DNA from: a virus
Lineage: Duplodnaviria > Caudoviricetes
Reading direction: 5' to 3' (one strand)
DNA length: 58,665 bases
Virus record (IMG/VR): IMGVR_UViG_3300032242_001675
Span: 1-58,665 of that record
Part shown: piece after piece, positions 18,504 through 27,018 of the stretch
Position numbering within the stretch: the first letter of the stretch is position 1
Layout of the letters: each line of letters opens with the position of its first letter
Program-made: the position numbers and the translations under genes
The notes under the pieces: model-generated
Database searches by the model: none
What the model was told of the DNA's origin: nothing
What the model saw: only the letters and a program-made list of their open reading frames with translations

Positions 18504-18516
18504 GTTCTCGTTACCT

Positions 18517-19152
18517 TTAGGAGTCTATCGCCACCGCCGAGCGGTCACCAGTGCGCGCCACGTCCTCGGCTTTTAACGCCTGCATGGCGGTGTCGTACTT
18601 CTGCTGAAATAGCTGCAGTCTTGCGTCATTGGTGATGTAGATAGAGGCTTGCAAAAGGGTGCCAAACAGCATAGCGTTCGGTGCGTTGTTGGTGAGCCAG
18701 TTCGTCTGGTTCGTTGAGGACAGCGGTTGAAGCCGCTGATAGACGAGCACCTCGAACTGGTAGGCGGCGTCGGGTATTGGCGACACGTACCAGTTATCGT
18801 AGTCATAATCGCCGTAGTAAAGCGGTAGCCCCGAGGAGCTTTGGGCGTTATAATTGGTCAGGTATTCGTATTTACGCAATAGCACGGGTTTTCTATCCCC
18901 CGTGGAGTCAATTACGCTCATTGAAACCGTTTTGCGCCAACGCGCGGGCTTTGGAATCACGGGGTTGCCCGTTTGCATATTACCCTGCGCTACCTCAATC
19001 TGACCGAGCGTCTTGATCTGCTGAGCGATCTCAAACTCTGCGAGCGTGATAAAGGTAGGGATCTGATTCACCACCGAGGCGTCACTACGCTCTAGGTACT
19101 GCTCAACGGCAGTCACTAGGGTATCGTACGTCAGGGCGAAGGATGAGGTCAT
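18517..19152 (-). CDS. Head-tail adaptor / tail tubular protein
   Basis: TYDTLVTAVEQYLER, IPTFITLAE, P.PDAAY, TNWLTNNAPNAMLFGTL. Confidence 0.7.
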   Translation of the reverse strand: MTSSFALTYDTLVTAVEQYLERSDASVVNQIPTFITLAEFEIAQQIKTLGQIEVAQGNMQTGNPVIPKPARWRKTVSMSVIDSTGDRKPVLLRKYEYLTNYNAQSSSGLPLYYGDYDYDNWYVSPIPDAAYQFEVLVYQRLQPLSSTNQTNWLTNNAPNAMLFGTLLQASIYITNDARLQLFQQKYDTAMQALKAEDVARTGDRSAVAIDS

Positions 19153-19213
19153 GTCTGTAATCCCAAATGAGAAGGCTTCCGTTTGTCACAAACAGACACC
19201 CCTATATTTTAAC

Positions 19214-19726
19214 TTATTCTCGCATTTTTAAAGCATTTTCTTTAGCCGTATCTACTCGAGCAAGCCAGCCTTTACCAAACGTCGGAAAGGTCGGTAGGGA
19301 CTCATAAAATTTAACCTTTTCGTCCGAAAATTTAAAAATGATTACGTCAACGGGGAAGTTTGAAACCGCGCCGAGCGTATTTTTACCTACCTGTCCATCC
19401 ACCGCCGCATCCACACAACTTTGCAAAGTCTTAACAGCGCGGCCAACCCCAGCATTAACAGCAAAGTCAAATACAAGATAGTCCACACCGTCCGGCAACA
19501 GGTCACAATCACACGCATCCCAATACTTCCTTTTGTAAAGCGGGGTCACGTCTTCAATGGACAGGTTCCGCATCTCTTTCTCGCTAGACACCCGCCCTAC
19601 CCACGACTCCCAGACCGACTGGGTAACGCCGTGGTTAGTCCGTCCGCCTGAGTCCTTCGGGTCATCGCTGTACCCGCCCTCAGATTGGAGAACAAAGCTC
19701 AACGATTTTTGCCAGTTGTCGATCAT
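19214..19726 (-). CDS. Endolysin, glycoside hydrolase family 108 with PG-binding domain
   Basis: EGGYSDDPKDSGGRTNHGVT, FDFAVNAG, FGKGWLAR. Confidence 0.92.
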   Translation of the reverse strand: MIDNWQKSLSFVLQSEGGYSDDPKDSGGRTNHGVTQSVWESWVGRVSSEKEMRNLSIEDVTPLYKRKYWDACDCDLLPDGVDYLVFDFAVNAGVGRAVKTLQSCVDAAVDGQVGKNTLGAVSNFPVDVIIFKFSDEKVKFYESLPTFPTFGKGWLARVDTAKENALKMRE

Positions 19727-20124
19727 TTAGAGGCAACCCCTTTGGCTTTGTCATAAGAGCGCATACCTGCGAGTCCCAACATACCCATCAGCACTTGCAT
19801 GGTGATCGTGGTGTCAATTACTGGGAACGCGCTGGTGTAGCCTAGCATAGTGGCCGTGAACCGTGCGACGGGTTCGATGAAAGACGAGTAAAGCAATCCG
19901 AGCCCACACACCCAACCGATAGCGGGGCGCCAGCCGGAGACGAAGACGGAACTTGATGACGCCTCGACCTTGTTAATGTCCAGTTGCCCAGTAATCTGCG
20001 CCAGCTCGCCCGACATCTGCATCTTGGTCAGCTCTAGGTTGGCTTGCGCCGCCTGCGCTGGGTCAGGGAATAAACGGGTGATCAGTTGCGAGCCTACCGT
20101 GACGATTGCGGTAATCGGATCCAT
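19723..20124 (-). CDS. Holin (3TM, GTA-type)
   Basis: NKVEASS.S.FVSGWRPAIGWVCG...LMGMLGLAGMRSYDK. Confidence 0.85.
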   Translation of the reverse strand: MDPITAIVTVGSQLITRLFPDPAQAAQANLELTKMQMSGELAQITGQLDINKVEASSSSVFVSGWRPAIGWVCGLGLLYSSFIEPVARFTATMLGYTSAFPVIDTTITMQVLMGMLGLAGMRSYDKAKGVASK

Positions 20125-20125
20125 G

Positions 20126-20383
20126 TCATTTATCCTGTTTAGAGTCGAGTTTGTCGGAGAGTCGCTCGATCATGGCTTCAATTCTGTCGAACCGTTTGTC
20201 CATGTCGGTTTTAAGCAACTCCAGCTCGGTCTTTTTAACGTACCGCTCGGAGATGCTCAATTCCAGATGACTGATGTCCTCTTTGAGCTTTTGTACGGCT
20301 TCCCATAGCTGACGAGCAAACCATCCAATAACGGATAAGAGCGCACCGAGACCTATGTTGATGATTTGCTGCCAGTCTTCCAT
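20126..20383 (-). CDS. Single-TM coiled-coil lysis-cassette protein
   Basis: N-terminal TM helix (INIGLGALLSVIGWF), then YVKK..L...RFDRIE..I.RL..KLD. Confidence 0.6.
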   Translation of the reverse strand: MEDWQQIINIGLGALLSVIGWFARQLWEAVQKLKEDISHLELSISERYVKKTELELLKTDMDKRFDRIEAMIERLSDKLDSKQDK

Positions 20384-20385
20384 GA

Positions 20386-20664
20386 TTACCCCTCTACCGC
20401 AGGAGGTACAGGGTCAACAGGAGCATCTTCCACTTGTGTTTCCACAGGAGCAGGAGCAGGTTCCACAGGAGCCACAGCGGAAGCAACGGTAGCAGGAGTA
20501 AAAGTAGGAGCAACTTCAACATAGCTAGTCTCCGGCGGCGCTACCACGGGGGCGCTAGGTGGTTGGTACTTGCTGTAAAGCCAGTCGATGAACTCGTGGA
20601 TTTCGGCTTTCGCCTCGGTTTCGTAGTTATCCAGATGTGCGCGGATTTCATTCAGGAATTGCAT
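20386..20664 (-). CDS. Hypothetical protein with Pro/Ala/Val-rich tail
   Basis: AAGGAG RBS before ATG 20664. Confidence 0.6.
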   Translation of the reverse strand: MQFLNEIRAHLDNYETEAKAEIHEFIDWLYSKYQPPSAPVVAPPETSYVEVAPTFTPATVASAVAPVEPAPAPVETQVEDAPVDPVPPAVEG

Positions 20665-20803
20665 CTTGTGGCTCCTTAGGTGGTTGTTCAACGGTTTTTG
20701 CCGCTTCAGATTGAATAGAATTGATTAATTGAGCCACTTCAGCGTAAGGTTTCGTACCGAGATAGCCAAGGACAGCGTTGATAAGTTCAAGAGAGATATT
20801 CAA
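20648..20803 (-). CDS. Small hypothetical protein (51 aa, TTG start, not in ORF track)
   Basis: MNISLELINAVLGYLGTKPYAEVAQLINSIQSEA...; fills the gap and overlaps both neighbours. Confidence 0.6.
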   Translation of the reverse strand: MNISLELINAVLGYLGTKPYAEVAQLINSIQSEAAKTVEQPPKEPQDAIPE

Positions 20804-21393
20804 GAGAGGCTCCGGAAGGGGTTAATATAAATGGCTACAAATTTTTTACCAAGGATACTGTCACCCATGAGCTTGTACCCAAGGTTTACTTCTACATAAC
20901 GGGTTGGGGTGAAATAAAACTCCGCCTTCCAGTTCCAGCCGATTTCGCCACGGGGGTTGGTGACTTTGTAAAACAAGTTGCAGGGCTTACCACTTCTCCA
21001 CAGTGGGTCGTCACTCAGGGTTGGTAGGTAACTAAATCCCCAGTCAGCGCCGAATCCATACGCCGCATTTCTCCACAACCACACCACCCTGCACAAATAA
21101 CGTAGCCATGCGCTGTTGTCGTAGTCGGTCTGAGTCTTGCCTGTCTTAGGCCAGCCTTGATAATCCCCGTACCAGAATTCATCAGCGGGTGTGTCGGGTG
21201 TCTGCCAGATACGGAAAGCGGGAATCAGAAATGCCCGTGGTGTACCGGGTAACAAAGAAGGTTGCCCCGTGATTGAATACTCTTCGGCATAGACAATAAA
21301 CAACGCCAAAAACGGAGCCAGCGGGAAAGCCAGCACCGTCAAAAAAGCAAGTGCTATGGCTTTAGGTATCCAGAGGAGGACAGATTTAAGCAT
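20800..21393 (-). CDS. Hypothetical membrane-associated protein
   Basis: N-terminal TM; WQTPD, WLWRNAAYGF, NLGYKL. Confidence 0.7.
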   Translation of the reverse strand: MLKSVLLWIPKAIALAFLTVLAFPLAPFLALFIVYAEEYSITGQPSLLPGTPRAFLIPAFRIWQTPDTPADEFWYGDYQGWPKTGKTQTDYDNSAWLRYLCRVVWLWRNAAYGFGADWGFSYLPTLSDDPLWRSGKPCNLFYKVTNPRGEIGWNWKAEFYFTPTRYVEVNLGYKLMGDSILGKKFVAIYINPFRSLS

Positions 21394-22336
21394 TGTAAGT
21401 GCCTGACGAAGTAAAGGTATGGATAGTGTAGCCGCCCGAAGATGTTACTGTTCCGCCCGTGCCACGTTGTGAGCCAGCGTAACTGATGATTACAATACCT
21501 GAACCGCCATTACCGCCATTTGGGTATGATCCAGAGTTTGCGCCACCACCACCACCGCCGCCACCTAAATTTGCAGTTCCATTTGAACTTGCCGCAGTAG
21601 CCGATCCGCCAGCTCCTCCGCCCCCTGCACCGCCAGCCCCAGCATAAGCCTGAGAAGAGTTTGTACCGCCACCACCACCACCTGCGTAAGTTACAGATGC
21701 GCCAGAGATAGAATATGACGCACCCGCACCACCAACCCCCGCCTGTGGCGCGCTTGAAGCATTTCCACCAACAGCACTTGCTCCGCCACCGCCGCCACCT
21801 TGATTGTTTGTTGCAGCAGTTCCACTTCCCCCGGCATTACCTTGGCCTACAGTTCCAGATGCACCGCTGGTATTGTTATAACTTCCGCCACCACCAGACC
21901 CACCAGAAACGCTATTGTATCCACCAGTTGAGCCACCGCCGCCTCCGATTGCCGTTGCCAAACCACTTATACTGGAATTTGAGCCATTTGCGCCGGAAGC
22001 TGCTTGAGTTGCGTTGCCAGCCCCACCTGACCCAATTGTAATGGTGTACGCTGTACCAGAAGATAGGCTAATAGATGAACTTAATACCCCTCCCGCACCA
22101 CCACCTCCTCCATCAACACTACCACCACCACCTCCACCAGCAACAACAAGGTAATTAACCGAATACCCAGCAGGTTGTGAAAATTGAAGCCATGAGGACG
22201 TAGTTGTGTCGTACCATTCTGGGTTAGCTGTAGTAGAGTTCATTCTGACCATGCCCTGAGCTGGTGTCGCAGGTCTTTGCGCCGTAGTACCCACGGGCAA
22301 TTTCAAATAGTCTGTACCCTGTACGTCAAGAGCCAT
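21386..22336 (-). CDS. Glycine-rich (polyglycine) receptor-binding/tail fibre protein 1
   Basis: LPVGTTAQRP N-terminal module; YLVVAGGGGG...GGSGIVIISY...YTIHTFTSSG. Confidence 0.75.
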   Translation of the reverse strand: MALDVQGTDYLKLPVGTTAQRPATPAQGMVRMNSTTANPEWYDTTTSSWLQFSQPAGYSVNYLVVAGGGGGGSVDGGGGGAGGVLSSSISLSSGTAYTITIGSGGAGNATQAASGANGSNSSISGLATAIGGGGGSTGGYNSVSGGSGGGGSYNNTSGASGTVGQGNAGGSGTAATNNQGGGGGGASAVGGNASSAPQAGVGGAGASYSISGASVTYAGGGGGGTNSSQAYAGAGGAGGGGAGGSATAASSNGTANLGGGGGGGGANSGSYPNGGNGGSGIVIISYAGSQRGTGGTVTSSGGYTIHTFTSSGTYNA

Positions 22337-22348
22337 GATATGTTTCCT

Positions 22349-22696
22349 TTAAACAGTTACTGCGTCCCACGCTTTCGTGGTTTCATTCCATACATAAGGC
22401 TTGCCGTCTGTCGGCATTGCTACTGGCGGGTTCCACAAACAAGTCGTGTCGTCCAATGTCCAGCTTGGGAATGGTTGTGGCGCATAAAAAGCGTCTTTGG
22501 TAGCGTCGTAGTGGTAGCCTACACCTGCGTAATTTTTCCTTAATGGAGTGCCGCCTGTCTTGTGTACGCCGCCGTGAGTATTATATGAAGTTTGGATCCA
22601 CTCGCCGGGGCTAGTGTCCACGAATGTTTTGAAAAAATCCTCTTCGGCTACGATCACGCTAGTGACTACGCCGTTTACAACTTTTGCGAAGTGCAT
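22349..22696 (-). CDS. Tail-fibre-associated (chaperone-like) protein
   Basis: MHFAKVVNGVVTSVIVA...WIQTSYNT...RKNYAGVGY...FYAPQPFPSW; lies between the Gly-rich fibres. Confidence 0.65.
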   Translation of the reverse strand: MHFAKVVNGVVTSVIVAEEDFFKTFVDTSPGEWIQTSYNTHGGVHKTGGTPLRKNYAGVGYHYDATKDAFYAPQPFPSWTLDDTTCLWNPPVAMPTDGKPYVWNETTKAWDAVTV

Positions 22697-22715
22697 ATCA
22701 AATACTCCTTAATGT

Positions 22716-23672
22716 TTACGCAGTGTATGTACCGCTTGATGTAAATGTATGAATGTAGTAACCACCTGATGTTGTTACCGTACCGCCTGATCCGCGCTGT
22801 GTAGCTGATGCGTAGCTGATAATGACGATACCTGAACCACCTGAACCGGATGTTAATGAGCCACCTGTACCACCACCTGTACCGCCACCACCACCGCCTG
22901 TATTGGCTGTACCTGCAACACCATTTGCATTTGATGCACCGCCAGAACCGCCACCCCCTGACCCACCAGTACCAGCAGTTGTTGCAGAAGAAGAAGCACC
23001 TGCACCACCACCGCCGCCATAAGTAACTGCCGATCCAGATATTGATGAGGAAGTTCCTGCGCCGCCCACACCATTTACACCAGATGAACCAGCGCCGCCT
23101 ACGGCACTTGCACCGCCACCACCGCCTGCTGTACCAGTACCAGAACCGCCAGCACCACCAGCGTAACCCTGCCCAGACGTACCAGCACCACCAGTAGAAC
23201 TTGCGCCTCCGCCACCACCAGAACCACCTGCACCGCCAGCTAAACCGTTGCTATTGCCGTAACCACCGCCTAATGCTGTAACGATAGAAGAAATAGATGA
23301 GCTATTTCCCACGTTGCCCGGAGCATTTGTGCTACCGCTAACACCAGCCCCCCCGCTACCCACTGTAATGGTATACGCTGCACCAGAAGTTACCGCAGTT
23401 GAAGAGGCTAGTACCCCACCAGCGCCCCCACCACCAGCACCTACGTTACTGTTTCCCGCTTGGTTTGCCCCAGACCCGCCGCCAGCAACTACAAGATAAT
23501 TGATTGTATAAAGAGTTGAGGTGATAGCTTGCCACTGCGAGCCTGTCCAGCTTTCCAATTGCCCAAGCGTCGTATTCCACCCTAACTGTCCATTCTGAGG
23601 GCTGGAGGGTCTACCTGATGTTGTCCATTGCGCTGGGGCTACGCCTGTGGTGCCGCCTATGTAACTAGTCAT
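22716..23672 (-). CDS. Glycine-rich receptor-binding/tail fibre protein 2 (paralog of 21386-22336)
   Basis: WTTSGRPSSP..GQLGWNTT; same YLVVAGGG...IHTFTSSGTY framework. Confidence 0.75.
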   Translation of the reverse strand: MTSYIGGTTGVAPAQWTTSGRPSSPQNGQLGWNTTLGQLESWTGSQWQAITSTLYTINYLVVAGGGSGANQAGNSNVGAGGGGAGGVLASSTAVTSGAAYTITVGSGGAGVSGSTNAPGNVGNSSSISSIVTALGGGYGNSNGLAGGAGGSGGGGGASSTGGAGTSGQGYAGGAGGSGTGTAGGGGGASAVGGAGSSGVNGVGGAGTSSSISGSAVTYGGGGGAGASSSATTAGTGGSGGGGSGGASNANGVAGTANTGGGGGGTGGGTGGSLTSGSGGSGIVIISYASATQRGSGGTVTTSGGYYIHTFTSSGTYTA

Positions 23673-23681
23673 AAATATTCC

Positions 23682-23954
23682 TTAATATGATCCGTCGGTT
23701 GCTTTCCAAGCCGACCCGTTGTAATACTCTAACTTTACGGTTGTTGTATTAAAACGAAGTTGCCCCGTTGTTGGAGTAGAAGGTTGTTGTGCGGTCGTAC
23801 CAGCAGGTAAATATGCCCCGCCCGTAGCGCTATCTTCAGCTACAAGCACACCCGTCACCGCAGGGACGGTCAACGTAAAATTACTCGCAGTCGATGCCGC
23901 AGTAACCGTAATCGTGCCACCGCCTGTAGATACTAACCCTACGTTGCCAGCCAT
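23682..23954 (-). CDS. Small tail-fibre adaptor protein
   Basis: YLPAGTTAQQPSTPTTGQLRFNTT...EYYNGSAW. Confidence 0.65.
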   Translation of the reverse strand: MAGNVGLVSTGGGTITVTAASTASNFTLTVPAVTGVLVAEDSATGGAYLPAGTTAQQPSTPTTGQLRFNTTTVKLEYYNGSAWKATDGSY

Positions 23955-23963
23955 AATTTATCC

Positions 23964-24218
23964 TTAATTCTGAATCCAAGCAGTGCCGTTCCAATACTCA
24001 AGTTTAACTAGATCACTATTGAATCTGACTTGTCCTGTAGTTGGGCTTGAAGGGCGCTGAGCTGTAGTACCAACAGGCAAATAAGCACCGCCCGTACTCG
24101 CATCACCACTCAACGCCACACCTTTAATTGCAGGAACGGTCATTGTAAAGTTTGACGCAGTAACGGCTGGGAATAACTCAACCGTACCTAAGCCCGTGGA
24201 TTTAAGCCGCCAGCCCAT
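23964..24218 (-). CDS. Small tail-fibre adaptor protein (paralog of 23682-23954)
   Basis: YLPVGTTAQRPSSPTTGQVRFNSD...EYWNGTAW. Confidence 0.65.
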   Translation of the reverse strand: MGWRLKSTGLGTVELFPAVTASNFTMTVPAIKGVALSGDASTGGAYLPVGTTAQRPSSPTTGQVRFNSDLVKLEYWNGTAWIQN

Positions 24219-24544
24219 CAGATAATCGCCCAGACACTGTTTGCAGGGATTGTTACCGTTGCTCCTGAAGCGATGGCAATTGGTCCCGTACTCATTGCGT
24301 TCTGACCACTCGGTATCGTGTAGCTTGTGGTAACGGTTTGTCCGTTATTCACAAACACCTGATCCGTACCGCCGCCCGTGGCGCCACCGCTGATGCTATA
24401 AATGCTCGTACCGTCGGTGATGTAGAGCTTTTTATCAGCGACGTTGACCGCAATCTCACCGACCGCAAGGTTTGCCGTCGTCGGTACGTTGCCCGACGTC
24501 GTGCTGTGGTAGTTGATAAGAGGCGTAAATCCCGTTTGTGCCAT
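24218..24544 (-). CDS. Tail-fibre connector protein
   Basis: N-terminal VPTTANLAVGEIAVNVADKKLY (like long-tail-fibre N-termini); C-terminal YTIPSGQNAMSTGPI...SVWAII. Confidence 0.6.
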   Translation of the reverse strand: MAQTGFTPLINYHSTTSGNVPTTANLAVGEIAVNVADKKLYITDGTSIYSISGGATGGGTDQVFVNNGQTVTTSYTIPSGQNAMSTGPIAIASGATVTIPANSVWAII

Positions 24545-24553
24545 GACGCGTCC

Positions 24554-24871
24554 TTAAACGATTACCCAAACCGACGTGGCGGGAACAGTCACCGTTACCC
24601 CACTGTTCACGGTAATGGGTCCTGCGCTTACTGCATTATTTCCCGCTGTAATCGTATAGTTAGCACTGATTACACTTGCATTTTCATACAAACCAAGCGT
24701 CGTAATATTGCCGCTCGATGGTGTAGAGCTAACCCACCCAGTACCGTTGGACGTTAGTACGTTTCCGCTAGTACCGGGCGAAGTTAAGCCTGTACCACCA
24801 CCTGCGGGTTGTAACACCCCAGATGAGCTTACATTCTCAGCAAGAATGGACAGGTTACGGTTGATTGTCAT
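24554..24871 (-). CDS. Tail-fibre connector protein
   Basis: MTINRNLS; GGTG knot; C-terminal YTITAGNNAVSAGPI...SVWVIV, paralogous to 24218-24544. Confidence 0.6.
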   Translation of the reverse strand: MTINRNLSILAENVSSSGVLQPAGGGTGLTSPGTSGNVLTSNGTGWVSSTPSSGNITTLGLYENASVISANYTITAGNNAVSAGPITVNSGVTVTVPATSVWVIV

Positions 24872-25512
24872 TATGCAGGAATCTCAGCCCAGATCAATGA
24901 ACCGTCGAACGAACCAGCGGTCGTTGCAACAGTATTACCCCAAGCCAAATAAGTACCGGGAGAAACAATGATTGCGCCTTTCAATTCCTCAGACAGAGCC
25001 TGCACGTTGGTTACAGCAGTAGCAGCAGTCAAACCAATTGAAACGCTTGGCGCAACGAAAGTTGAAGCCAAAGCTGCTGTGTTTGCCGTGTTAACCATTG
25101 CATAAGCGGCAGAGCCCGTACTGGCTTGCGAGTACATATTGCGAGCCTGAGTCTGTGTGCCTGTAACAGCAACACCGCCTTGGTTAACCTGCCAAAAGCC
25201 CCAGTCCGTTGCAACAGCGGCAGTACCAGTAGTACGGATACCGAGTTTTGCAAACAGGATAACAATATCAACACCCGATGTGGCTGGGTTGTAAATACCG
25301 ATAGCTGGCGAACCAGCGGCAGCACCAATAAAGGCGGCAGGGGTTGCGGCAGTGAAACCGACTGAAAACACCTTACCTGCTTTGATAAGCGAGTAGTAGT
25401 TAGGTGCTAGTTCTGAAACAAATGCTTCACCGAAAGTACCACCGGGGTTGTTAGGTGTACCAGCGGTTTGACGAGCTGAAGGCAATGAGCCTACTTGGTT
25501 CTGGATAATCAT
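24871..25512 (-). CDS. Putative virion structural protein
   Basis: Beta-rich ORF inside the tail-fibre locus; AAGGA RBS. Confidence 0.55.
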   Translation of the reverse strand: MIIQNQVGSLPSARQTAGTPNNPGGTFGEAFVSELAPNYYSLIKAGKVFSVGFTAATPAAFIGAAAGSPAIGIYNPATSGVDIVILFAKLGIRTTGTAAVATDWGFWQVNQGGVAVTGTQTQARNMYSQASTGSAAYAMVNTANTAALASTFVAPSVSIGLTAATAVTNVQALSEELKGAIIVSPGTYLAWGNTVATTAGSFDGSLIWAEIPA

Positions 25513-25522
25513 AATTGATCCT

Positions 25523-26695
25523 TTAGTTAGTCATGTTAATAAGGGTTGAAGCAGGGTTAAGATAGTCCGCTAACATCGTGTCAGGCTCGTCAGCGGTAGA
25601 ACGGAAGCCTGCTAATAGTTGTTCTTCGTATACATAATGGGTCAGTACACGAAGAACGCCTAAAATCTGAGAAAGTAAATCTTCAATCGACTGTTGTGAC
25701 GGTGTAGCAGGAGCGCCCCGCATTAACACAGCACCGAACATATCTGTTTGTAAACGACGAGCCGCACCCGTGTTATCTGTACCGCCTATCATCACAGGGT
25801 TGACGGAAGATAGGGTAGAAGTAATTGGGTTAGTTGATGCCGTTGTAGACGTGTAAGTGACGTTATAAGTACCGACCTGATAACCGACTGGTAACTGACC
25901 CACAACCTGCGCATTACCGTTGGTATCAGTTTGAACCCGACGAACCACGCCGTTATAGTCTGCTCCAGCAACAGATACAGGGTTGCCTGAAGCCGCCGTA
26001 CCAGCCGCAATGTTACCTAGTGCGGTCATGGTAGACGTACCCGCCGACAGCATATATGAAGCAAAAGGCGTTTGTCTAAAATAAACAATTACCGATGTTT
26101 GCGTAGCCGCCGTAAACCGCATAAACCGAGCGGCAACAGGGAAAGCATAAATTAACTGTGCCGTGGCGGTCGTACTGGCACTCAATGCCGCCGACGTACC
26201 TGTTAACACCGTACCCAAAACAGGCTGGAAGTTAACACCATCATTAGAATGAGCAACAGTAATTGCCACCGCCGCTGTCTGTTGAAAAATAACGGTTTGA
26301 TAACCCGTTGTATCAATCGTTTGGGGGCTGTTAACGCCTAAATACAACGTAGCGGCTGGCGGCGCGTCGGATGGAATAGCGGCATTGTTGGCGTCTAACT
26401 TAGGCGGATTAAGTGTACGGGTGTTAATTGCCAAACCCGTGCCATCGGTGACAACCTGTTCAAGAATATTGATACCAGCAAAGTCACCGTTTGGGTCACC
26501 AGCAATAGACACGCTAATTGGTGCGTCAGTAGATTGCGCACCCTGAAGCGTTTGATCTAGGGTTGGTAAGGGGTTGGTTGTACCCGCTTGTTGCGTGGTG
26601 CCGCCGTTATTAAATCCAACAACATCACTTGCCGCAGGCGCAGCTTGTCCATTAGTGCCTGTGCTTACCGTTACGTTAGGTCCAAGATAAGACAT
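25523..26695 (-). CDS. Putative tail-associated structural protein
   Basis: Thr/Ala-rich; internal repeat NPV.(V/I)(A/G)G.D..G..RR.QTD..G. Confidence 0.55.
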   Translation of the reverse strand: MSYLGPNVTVSTGTNGQAAPAASDVVGFNNGGTTQQAGTTNPLPTLDQTLQGAQSTDAPISVSIAGDPNGDFAGINILEQVVTDGTGLAINTRTLNPPKLDANNAAIPSDAPPAATLYLGVNSPQTIDTTGYQTVIFQQTAAVAITVAHSNDGVNFQPVLGTVLTGTSAALSASTTATAQLIYAFPVAARFMRFTAATQTSVIVYFRQTPFASYMLSAGTSTMTALGNIAAGTAASGNPVSVAGADYNGVVRRVQTDTNGNAQVVGQLPVGYQVGTYNVTYTSTTASTNPITSTLSSVNPVMIGGTDNTGAARRLQTDMFGAVLMRGAPATPSQQSIEDLLSQILGVLRVLTHYVYEEQLLAGFRSTADEPDTMLADYLNPASTLINMTN

Positions 26696-27018
26696 TATGA
26701 GGACTCCGAAGCCGAAAGTGTTACATCCACAGCACCAGTAGAGGTCACCGCCACGACATAGTTGTAGAGCACGTTAATCTTTGCCGATTGAACAAAGTCC
26801 AACGTGTTACCCGCCTGTATCTGTACGTTGTAAACGATATAAGTAGTCACCGTTGCCCCCGCATTAGCAAGGGTCACTGACACGTTAACCGTTGATGCCG
26901 TTTTATTGCAGATCAACCCGCCCGTGATAGTCGCCTGCACACCGGCGGTCGTCGGGTTATACACCGTTGTTGTCGATGTTACGTTTGAGGCTTGAGCAAC
27001 AACAAAGTTAATTCCCAT
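26695..27018 (-). CDS. Small tail-fibre-associated beta protein
   Basis: Follows the main fibre; ICNKTASTVNVSV...YIVYNVQIQAGNTL. Confidence 0.55.
   Translation of the reverse strand: MGINFVVAQASNVTSTTTVYNPTTAGVQATITGGLICNKTASTVNVSVTLANAGATVTTYIVYNVQIQAGNTLDFVQSAKINVLYNYVVAVTSTGAVDVTLSASESS

Noticed and set aside
21386-23672. Diversity-generating retroelement (TR/VR pair) in the paralogous Gly-rich genes
   Set aside because: No reverse transcriptase in the genome, and differences between the copies are not confined to adenines
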